Shown: in pieces, positions 57,101 to 64,000 of the stretch
How the letters are laid out: every line of letters begins with the position of its first letter
Numbering within the stretch: position 1 is the first letter of the stretch
DNA from: a virus
IMG/VR virus record: IMGVR_UViG_3300010316_000005
Span: 64,001-128,000 of that record
Length of the DNA: 64,000 nt
Strand: one strand, 5' to 3'
Made by a program: the position numbers and the translations under genes
The notes under the pieces: model-generated
Databases searched by the model: none
Told to the model about the DNA's origin: nothing
The model's input: only the letters and a program-made list of their open reading frames with translations

Positions 57101-60100
57101 CCGGGTTAGTAACTTTAATTGCTGTTACCTTTCCGTAGCCAATGTACGCTTTAGCAGTGGCGCCGGTTCCGCCGCCTCCTACTAATTCTACAGTTGGTGC
57201 AAACACATATCCGCTGCCTGCATCTCCAATCATAATATTAGTAATTTGTCTACCATAGTTGTCAAGCCAATTCTTCCTTGGGTATTGACTTACATTAGGA
57301 TCAACATTTAGCAATCCGCCATCTTGGAAGATTGCTCTATTTGGCACAATCTTCTTTTCAGTTTCACTGTAGAACGGTGGCAAGTCAAAATCTGTTATAA
57401 CACTATTTGTAGGCTCTAGTCTTTCTTTTACGCTTACAAATTCTCTAATAACAGTCTTGTACGGCTTCACTTCGTTTACATATGCTTCGTAGCTTGAGAG
57501 TGTATTGCCGTCGAAAGTAACATCTTGATCAAACTCACCAAGATTGTGATTAATTTTAACATAGCTTGTCTTGAATAGCCAGTCAACATATTGCTGCTCA
57601 GACATCACATAACGCAAGCTTGCGAAGAATAGTTGGTTATACTCTCTTCTCAAGTTGCTTGTAAATATACTGTCGCGGATTGCTTTAAATATAATTCTCA
57701 ATTCAACTTGAGCATCATTGTCATAAAACGTGCTATCATAACTACGGTTGTCAAAACCAACCTTATTCTTAGCTGTGTTATATAGAGATTCTTTAAACTG
57801 TATTGTACCGTCTTGACGTCCAATAGTTTTATAGTCTACTGTGTAATCTTCAGATCCAGTGTTGTCAACTTTTTCAAGTAGCAACCAGCCGCCTGTTCCG
57901 ACGTTTTGAATTTTAACAATATCACCTATGCTATCTGCCAACGCGGTTAATTCATATGACTCAGTTATAATAAAGTCACTTGATGTAAATTCATTATACC
58001 CAGTTGCATACCAATCAGCATAATCCCAATACAACGGAACATTGTAGTCTTGCACACTTCTTCTAAACCATTCTGATGCTTCTTCGTTCCAGGCCCATAT
58101 TGCCCATCTGCCATCAGCATCAGTGTCGGCATTAACAAGTACTGAGAATCTTCTTACTGTAATTCTAGTATTTTCGTCGTACCCTGTTCCTCTGCTTAGT
58201 ATCTTAACTGCGCTAATTCCACCTACGTTAGTAAGTGTAAGCTCTATTTCAGCATCTGTGCCTGCGCCGACAATTGCATACTTCGGAGCAGAACGATAAC
58301 CTCTACCTGCACTTAGAATGTTAACTTTAGCTAATTTACCATTTCTAATCACAGGCTCAAGTATTGCAGGAGTAACCTTGTTTGTACTAATGAATCGTAA
58401 TTCATCAACTGTGTCAACTGTTAAGTCAAACTCTTTCGAAGCCGACGTCGGCTTAGGTTCTGTTTCAAACAATGCCGATATATCATACTCGTCAACTACA
58501 ATGTTTTCGAGCAACACAAGGTTAACTCGTTCAATATATTGCTTTAGAGCTTCTTCGCGGTTTACAAATATACCCTGACGTGGCTTATTTTGAATTCCGT
58601 ACTTTTGTTTAGGTGACAGGTCTGGGTTAGGCACTGGGCGACCTTGTTCGTCATAACCAATTAAGCTATCAAACCACTTTCGTTCAATCTCACTATGCGG
58701 TACACTATTCTCGTCACCATCGCTAATAATCTGATATTGACTGTGCGTATTTTGCTCATCTCTTTCGTTTTCAGTATATCTGATATTTAGAACAATATCT
58801 TCGTTATAGATTAAGCTGCCTATGTTATTTAGAACAATTCTGTCCGCAGCAAGCAAGCTAGCAAATCTGTAGCCTTCTTTTCTCGGCTGCGCAATAAGTC
58901 TACTTACGTCAAACGCACTAACCTTTCTATCAATTACTGCATCAGTTGGAATTGTCTTCTTGTTAGCGACCCAGAAGTAGTACTTTGGAATAAACCGTTG
59001 GGCAACGCTGTCATAGTCAAATGTCTGACTGAAGAAATCATCACCATACAGAGATTTACCACTAATGCCTCTTTGAATGCCTAACTCTGAATCAGCAATC
59101 TGATCCCAGTTTGACGGAGGCACTGCGCTCTCAACCCATTCAAATACGTTAACAAAGGATCCTGGTTGTAGTTCATTCCAGTTTGCTTTTTGATACTGGA
59201 TGTCTCCCTGATAAGGATAAGTGAATCTTGTTGTTTTTGTATACCACCATAATTTACCAACATGCTCCGGGCCCCAGAATGTATCTTCTGTTACTTCTGG
59301 CCCTGCTCCTACGTTATATGTTGCCGGATCAATTCCCATTTCATAATGCAGTTCTTGCTTTGCAGGACCGGCAATCTTTCCTTGTATTGGATCAATGTAA
59401 TCCAGGTATTGAACAATGCTGTTTGTTCTCTTATTATAAAGGAACATGCCTTTAATCTTAGATACATCAACTGGCGGAATAAGTTCTCTTTTCTTATTCC
59501 ATGCAAATTTTTCATTTGGCTTTCTATATTCAATTAACTTGCCTTTCTTAGGCATTCCGATGTATACGTGGTTACCTTTGGCAAATATGTTTTCGCCAAA
59601 GTCAAAGTCTGCTAGGTCATAGCGGAATGACTCTGAGAATATTAACGCATTTTCTATTTCTTCGTATACGTAAACTGTACCCGAATCTAGTATGATATTA
59701 TTAAAGTCAGTATAACCTTTATCAAATGTAGTTATAACACCCGAGTCTGCGTCAAACGTAGTTGGTATTATCATGTCACCTCTGGCACTACTTACGATTA
59801 GGTTGTCGCTACTAAATGACATCTTATCGCCAAAACGTTCTGCTAACTCATTCTTAGGTGACTTTAATTCCTGCGACAATACAAATTGCTGATTTACTAA
59901 TGAATATATATAAATCTTGCCTTGGTTGTACTTTACATCATCGTTAAACTGATCTGATATAGCAATCTTTGTACCTGCTGGATTAATCACAACCGAAGAA
60001 CCAAATGTATCTCTGTCATCAGGTGGGTTAATTTCTTGTACTTTTTCATACTTATTATCACGTTGACGATATACCAGGACCTTACTAATAATAGAACTGT

Positions 60101-63100
60101 CAAACGCTGCTCGCTTTTCAGAAATTATAACATAGTTGCCTGATTCTGTAACAGCGAAGTCTGAGTCAACTACTGTTGGATCGTTTTCTGACATTGCCGA
60201 ATCAAAGTTTGTTGGAAAATACTCTGATTCTCCAAGTAACGCTTGGCCTTCGTTTACAGGCAATACGCCTAAGTAATCAACTCCTGACGAAATTGCTTCC
60301 CAATTAGTAGAGCCAGTATTAGGAGTTGCTGCGCCGATTGGTACGTTAGTAAGAGCTCTAAATAATCCCACGCCAGTGACATTTACAATCGAACCTTCTC
60401 CGTAGGCTGCATCGGTGCTGTTGAAAGTTCCCCTAAAGTTGTCATCGACTCCACGTCTCCAGCTTACTTTTCTCCACAATAGTTTATCGCCAATTGACAC
60501 TGACGTTTGGTTAAACACCGGCTGCAATGCTTTATAGTAATCACCTAGGAAATATACAATATCATTTGTTTCATAAACATTGTTTTCTCTCCAGTTACCT
60601 TTAAATGTGTCGTCTCTAGTGTACCCGTGCTTGAATATTTCAACGCTGCCTTGGGCATTTGACACATACAATGTATACTCGTTGTCTTTCTTGATAAGTT
60701 CAACTTTAGTACCAAAGTTTGTAGTATCTGAGTCGTAAGCATACTCTGAAACTAAGTTCAATAGCAATTGATAACTACCTGGTGCATCTTTATAGTAAAT
60801 TGCTACTGCACCTTCGTTAGTTTTTGACGAACTACCAAACTGGTCTGCTACAATGTTATAAATCTGAGTATAATTCTTGTTTAGTACTGTTGGATAAACG
60901 CTTCTAAAGCTGCCTGCATTATCATCCTCTTCGGTATAGATCCAATATTCTTCATTAATAATTGGATCAAACCCGTCAGCTGGATCAAAGTCAGTATCTT
61001 TTTCAAAAACTAAGAACTGTAAGTTGTTAGTGCTAGTGTTTACAACAAAGCTGTCTTCGACATCATTAACTTTTCCTATTACTCTGTTGACTGTATTGCC
61101 ATTTGCAACACTTGGGTTGAGAACAATCTCTGTAGTAGCTAGGTTGTTAATAGTTGCATAAGTTCCAGCAGTGTACTTAATGTACACTCTAACATTTGTT
61201 AAGCCTGTTTGATATGCGACTACTTCAGCAGTAAATGTTGATTGTGCATCAGCCGCCGACGGCTGGCCAAACTGATCAAATGGTGTCTGTCTATCTGTAA
61301 TAATATCAGATATGGATGGTTCAAACGTGTTGCCAAGGCCGTCGGCAACTAGTTGAATGTCAATAAATCCATCCCATTTGTCAACTAACGTCTGGGTTGC
61401 ATTTAAAATGCCATAATTTAGCCCTGTGTTAGCAAAGTCAATTGTTCTGTTACTTAGGTCATAAAGGTAAAAGTTTAATTCTTCAGTTAAAGAAAGCGTG
61501 TCAGCAAACGATTTGTTTACTCTAGAAATCCATCTGCTGTCTGCCACAGGAGTAATATCATTAAAATAACTTAGATTTTGAACATAGCTAGATGTGTTAA
61601 TCAAATCAGTTGTATTGTTTTCATCGTCATTTACATTATAGTACACAGCATTAGTCGTGCCGCCGTTGGCGTAAGCATCAACGTATACTAATCCTTTACC
61701 AGCATCAGTATAGTTTTCATTGTTTATGTAAGAAAAAGGACTAGTATCAATCTGCCACCAGCCGCCGAGGCTTTGATTTTCAGTTGGCTCAATTTCTACA
61801 TAATTACCAATTAATGGCCCCGAAGCTGTTTCGTATTGAATGAATATCGAACCACTTACTGCAAAGACGCCAGTTGTATCTGCAAGATAAATTATAAGGT
61901 TTACACCTGCAATCTTAGTATAAACAACAGTTGCACTAGCAGTCGACGTTGTTAATATATCGCCTACTTGCGGTGGGTTAATGTAGCTATCTACTCGAAC
62001 AATATGATCTACTTTATTAACTATGCTATGGCCGTTGCCGTTGTTATCAATAAGTTCTTTACTAATAATTGTTGAATCTTCAAACGTAATAGCACCATCA
62101 AAAGGTTCCCTAACATCTAAATCGCCATTTGTATAAGACTGCAAATTCCACTGCAATCTAACTTCGTCGCCTGCAATTAGAGCCTCGAACTGATCTGCTG
62201 GCGCTCTAACTAAGATGTGATCAGTTGCCTGAGCTTCTTCTAGCTGTAGACTAGGGTCACCTGTAAGTAATAGGCTAGAGTCAAGATCAGCATCTCCGTT
62301 TGCTGTTCTTAATTCAACATACGAACTAAACGAATTAAAGTCTAATCCAGTTCCTTCGTCTACTTCTGGTTCAATGTCTCTGTGTGCTTGCCATAGCGTA
62401 TTTCTATATTTTACAATATCATTTTTGCCATAGGGTGCAGATGCCAAATATTCACCTCTGTATCTAGTCTTAACACTCGATGCTCCCGGAATACCTACTG
62501 CTATAAATGTATCGTCATCCGATATCGACACACTTTCGCCGAAGCGAGCATTGTCATCGTTAAACAATACTGTTTCTAACGTAAGAGGCTGTTGCTGAAT
62601 AAACATTGCAGTTTCTGTGTTTCTAGTGTATAGGTCAACCTTGCCGGGTGTGTTAAAGTTATCAATTTCAGGATCAGGGTTGACATCAATAGTATACCCG
62701 GGCGATGAAACTATCATAGTTGTTTGTTTTTTAGATACATCAACATCATAGGAGAAACCATTTTGCGATGAGCCGTCACCTGTTATATCTACTATAGTGC
62801 CTTGCTCCCTGTACACACTATTGTTTTCGAGCACACCCCAATGGGCGTTGCTATAGTCATCAATCCAAATTCTTTGGTTATCATATATATTTTGTTGTAT
62901 GATATCGTTCACCGAAGTCAAGTCAGGAATTCTTACTTCTCTAAGCTTAACCATAATTAACAATTCTTCATCAAAATCAATTATTTCGTTATCTTCAGGT
63001 ACAATAATTTGCAGTGTGTTAAACTTTGATTCGTACACTTCGTAGAATCCGTTAACATTATAATCCTGAGCAGCTCTTATTGCAACAAATTCTCCATTAG

Positions 63101-64000
63101 CTACTTCTTCAGCAACCCAGGCATCTACTGTAATTTCTTTAAGTGATTCGTTCTTTTCAGTAACGTCGTCAATAGTCGCTAACGTTGTTGCGTTTCCGAA
63201 GTTCTCGTGAATTTGGTAAACTGACCAGTCATCTCTGCCGTCGTCTGTTAACCAAATGTATTGACCCTTGTTTAACAAGTTAACATCAGTACTGTTAATT
63301 TCAGCTTTTGACCCTGCTTTGAATTCTACATCATTTTCATGTACATATCCACTGTCAATTACAAAACTTTTTAGAGTTGTTGTCGGGAATGGCGTACTAG
63401 TATAACCTTCTGGCTTGTCAATTAGATCCATTGGACGAATTCTGTAGACTTTATCTTCAATTGTAGGATCGATTGATTCTACAAATTCAATACCTTGAGG
63501 TTCTTCGTAGAACTGAGTTTCATCAAGTTCAAATTCAATTTGCTCTATGTCTGTAGTTGCTCCGTAGCGACCTAGCTGTATTGCCCAATCTTCAAAGAAT
63601 TCTAAGCTGTCTCTGTCTGAGCTGCCAAGGGGATTGAATAGCTTTTCAATAGCGTTCTTTGTACCCTTGTCTTGAATAAATCCTTGATAGAACTTATACT
63701 GACTCACATCATCATTAATGATATTTGCTAGATAGTCTCGTTTCTGGTACCCAATTAAGTGCTGCGCAAGACGCTGTTGTTCAGAGTCAAAATTATCCGA
63801 GTCTAGGTCATAGAAATCTGTAAATTGATTGATTCTATAATCAAAGTTTGTTAGCAGTTCTGCTACAGGCTTTTCATTTAATCTAATCCAGAAGTTTGGG
63901 TTAAAGTCTTTTGATCCTGGCACAGCAAAAGTTGCTACATAAAAGAATTGCTTGTATTTTACAAGACTACCAATTTCATAATCTTTCCAAGATTCCCATT
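54108..64000 (-). CDS. Giant baseplate/structural protein, 5'-partial (about 3300 aa visible)
   Basis: Frame open to the window edge; beta-propeller-like FG..V.I repeats, G.GY...P.V baseplate-wedge repeats, Ig-like repeats, LRRGTLGT. Confidence 0.8.
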   Translation of the reverse strand, partial: WESWKDYEIGSLVKYKQFFYVATFAVPGSKDFNPNFWIRLNEKPVAELLTNFDYRINQFTDFYDLDSDNFDSEQQRLAQHLIGYQKRDYLANIINDDVSQYKFYQGFIQDKGTKNAIEKLFNPLGSSDRDSLEFFEDWAIQLGRYGATTDIEQIEFELDETQFYEEPQGIEFVESIDPTIEDKVYRIRPMDLIDKPEGYTSTPFPTTTLKSFVIDSGYVHENDVEFKAGSKAEINSTDVNLLNKGQYIWLTDDGRDDWSVYQIHENFGNATTLATIDDVTEKNESLKEITVDAWVAEEVANGEFVAIRAAQDYNVNGFYEVYESKFNTLQIIVPEDNEIIDFDEELLIMVKLREVRIPDLTSVNDIIQQNIYDNQRIWIDDYSNAHWGVLENNSVYREQGTIVDITGDGSSQNGFSYDVDVSKKQTTMIVSSPGYTIDVNPDPEIDNFNTPGKVDLYTRNTETAMFIQQQPLTLETVLFNDDNARFGESVSISDDDTFIAVGIPGASSVKTRYRGEYLASAPYGKNDIVKYRNTLWQAHRDIEPEVDEGTGLDFNSFSSYVELRTANGDADLDSSLLLTGDPSLQLEEAQATDHILVRAPADQFEALIAGDEVRLQWNLQSYTNGDLDVREPFDGAITFEDSTIISKELIDNNGNGHSIVNKVDHIVRVDSYINPPQVGDILTTSTASATVVYTKIAGVNLIIYLADTTGVFAVSGSIFIQYETASGPLIGNYVEIEPTENQSLGGWWQIDTSPFSYINNENYTDAGKGLVYVDAYANGGTTNAVYYNVNDDENNTTDLINTSSYVQNLSYFNDITPVADSRWISRVNKSFADTLSLTEELNFYLYDLSNRTIDFANTGLNYGILNATQTLVDKWDGFIDIQLVADGLGNTFEPSISDIITDRQTPFDQFGQPSAADAQSTFTAEVVAYQTGLTNVRVYIKYTAGTYATINNLATTEIVLNPSVANGNTVNRVIGKVNDVEDSFVVNTSTNNLQFLVFEKDTDFDPADGFDPIINEEYWIYTEEDDNAGSFRSVYPTVLNKNYTQIYNIVADQFGSSSKTNEGAVAIYYKDAPGSYQLLLNLVSEYAYDSDTTNFGTKVELIKKDNEYTLYVSNAQGSVEIFKHGYTRDDTFKGNWRENNVYETNDIVYFLGDYYKALQPVFNQTSVSIGDKLLWRKVSWRRGVDDNFRGTFNSTDAAYGEGSIVNVTGVGLFRALTNVPIGAATPNTGSTNWEAISSGVDYLGVLPVNEGQALLGESEYFPTNFDSAMSENDPTVVDSDFAVTESGNYVIISEKRAAFDSSIISKVLVYRQRDNKYEKVQEINPPDDRDTFGSSVVINPAGTKIAISDQFNDDVKYNQGKIYIYSLVNQQFVLSQELKSPKNELAERFGDKMSFSSDNLIVSSARGDMIIPTTFDADSGVITTFDKGYTDFNNIILDSGTVYVYEEIENALIFSESFRYDLADFDFGENIFAKGNHVYIGMPKKGKLIEYRKPNEKFAWNKKRELIPPVDVSKIKGMFLYNKRTNSIVQYLDYIDPIQGKIAGPAKQELHYEMGIDPATYNVGAGPEVTEDTFWGPEHVGKLWWYTKTTRFTYPYQGDIQYQKANWNELQPGSFVNVFEWVESAVPPSNWDQIADSELGIQRGISGKSLYGDDFFSQTFDYDSVAQRFIPKYYFWVANKKTIPTDAVIDRKVSAFDVSRLIAQPRKEGYRFASLLAADRIVLNNIGSLIYNEDIVLNIRYTENERDEQNTHSQYQIISDGDENSVPHSEIERKWFDSLIGYDEQGRPVPNPDLSPKQKYGIQNKPRQGIFVNREEALKQYIERVNLVLLENIVVDEYDISALFETEPKPTSASKEFDLTVDTVDELRFISTNKVTPAILEPVIRNGKLAKVNILSAGRGYRSAPKYAIVGAGTDAEIELTLTNVGGISAVKILSRGTGYDENTRITVRRFSVLVNADTDADGRWAIWAWNEEASEWFRRSVQDYNVPLYWDYADWYATGYNEFTSSDFIITESYELTALADSIGDIVKIQNVGTGGWLLLEKVDNTGSEDYTVDYKTIGRQDGTIQFKESLYNTAKNKVGFDNRSYDSTFYDNDAQVELRIIFKAIRDSIFTSNLRREYNQLFFASLRYVMSEQQYVDWLFKTSYVKINHNLGEFDQDVTFDGNTLSSYEAYVNEVKPYKTVIREFVSVKERLEPTNSVITDFDLPPFYSETEKKIVPNRAIFQDGGLLNVDPNVSQYPRKNWLDNYGRQITNIMIGDAGSGYVFAPTVELVGGGGTGATAKAYIGYGKVTAIKVTNPGQGYTSAPAINIAVPQVENGVVARASAILGSGVVRSPSITIKFDRTSGKYYINSLAETETFVGSNSQTTFNLEWPMNLRLDTVTVTVDGKEMLRSQFTFRNVTNTDAGYIREQGQVTFTNPPALDANIVISYQKPLSMLSAEDRIQFGYTALSGMLGKDLAQLMTGVDYGGVEVTSFGFSEEQGWNTNDWYTDTWDEFDNSYEDYVFTFDGSTVAVGLDEPFESGTVYNVYLNGVRIDDPNFGTEEQLNEDAKLESITGDGTTDVFILSDYDIATEDGDIMIIRKITSDGTVAPDPASYDTQLTGGAFDKTTATGLKAEDIIVDGDSFVTATTSTGPEEMVPGQVMDTLDLRVYTRDSTGPGKIVSQYHITDGVNETFDLGATPSSLDAIVVKVDGIILTRGDYDVDWSNLTINIPDLTEGHALSIVTLEAGVQNVIDFGKAMTVADTDEYEINTYFKDGYGVFLTLDGENVEIGATKTEGKDTLTISLTVTPETGQTINYIVFDNNTEVNYSQVNKEVLIGDGASTVFPIAETPFFVEPTEHNCLVKVGNKILSSGYNIQYEIKSIDVREYAIESFQFPSTTIDTTNLRVFLNGAIIETPNRWLLNPNTNSIRLNDGTGDVGDLLEIYLISDSEYTFDNNNITFKYAPGVNERIEIIKFSNHDILGIEKQNYDVVSRFAIVPGSKEAKTYQRLSYGEIKLRKPAEDAQYVWVAKNGILLSPSVDYYITDDRLKVQLTTPPGTNDVIEVVQFATPVSVPKFAYRIFKDVLNRTHYKRINDAVTVLSKDLNYYDLRVEVEDASLLPAPDKKSNKPGIVWIDGERIEYLVKDGNLLRQLRRGTLGTGVKDTYSAGEEVFDQGARKTVPYNDRTVLRNFIGDGSQSITIGYKDSTLQASYGINEVEVFVGGRRLRKNEISKFSEVVALDSPDGDLVQQAEFTIDGDIISFDIQDDIHADGIPLNNEKIVVMRKTGRIWTLTGETLGETKTDIGSFIRAGN

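Noticed and set aside
1-64000. tRNA, rRNA, integrase or IS elements
   Set aside because: No cloverleaf, rRNA-like or transposase/integrase motifs were recognised, and intergenic gaps are short. tRNAscan-SE would confirm.

Overview
A 64-kb segment of a large tailed dsDNA phage, probably a jumbo myovirus-like genome. It is gene-dense, has sigma70-type TTGACA-N17-TATAAT promoters plus a T4-late-like ATAAATA motif, and shows no rRNA, tRNA or CRISPR array. From left to right: (i) 0.3-9.3 kb, a 7-deazaguanine DNA-modification cluster (TGT-fold DpdA-like, QueD-like, FolE, QueE) interleaved with a GT-B glycosyltransferase, a purine phosphoribosyltransferase and an antisense HNH endonuclease; (ii) 9.3-17.3 kb, T4-type RNase H/5'-3' exonuclease whose 5' end was displaced by a now-dead GIY-YIG endonuclease, a MoxR-like AAA+/VWA-metallopeptidase pair and hypothetical genes; (iii) 18.5-45 kb, a dense tailoring-enzyme island (seven 2OG-Fe(II) oxygenase-like genes, four radical SAM enzymes, desaturase, SDR, GNAT-like, methyltransferase, aminotransferase, amidinotransferase, SGNH hydrolase, six glycosyltransferase-like genes); (iv) 45.5-64 kb, tail-fibre and baseplate genes. 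The most notable feature is a UDP-glucose 6-dehydrogenase carrying two inteins. One is a 355-aa cis LAGLIDADG intein in the K-x3-N active-site motif. The other is a naturally split intein (106-aa IntN, 45-aa IntC) that breaks the gene exactly at the catalytic Cys, with a free-standing PD-(D/E)XK endonuclease between the halves that is translationally coupled to the C-half. All functional calls come from motif recognition by eye; no database searches were run.
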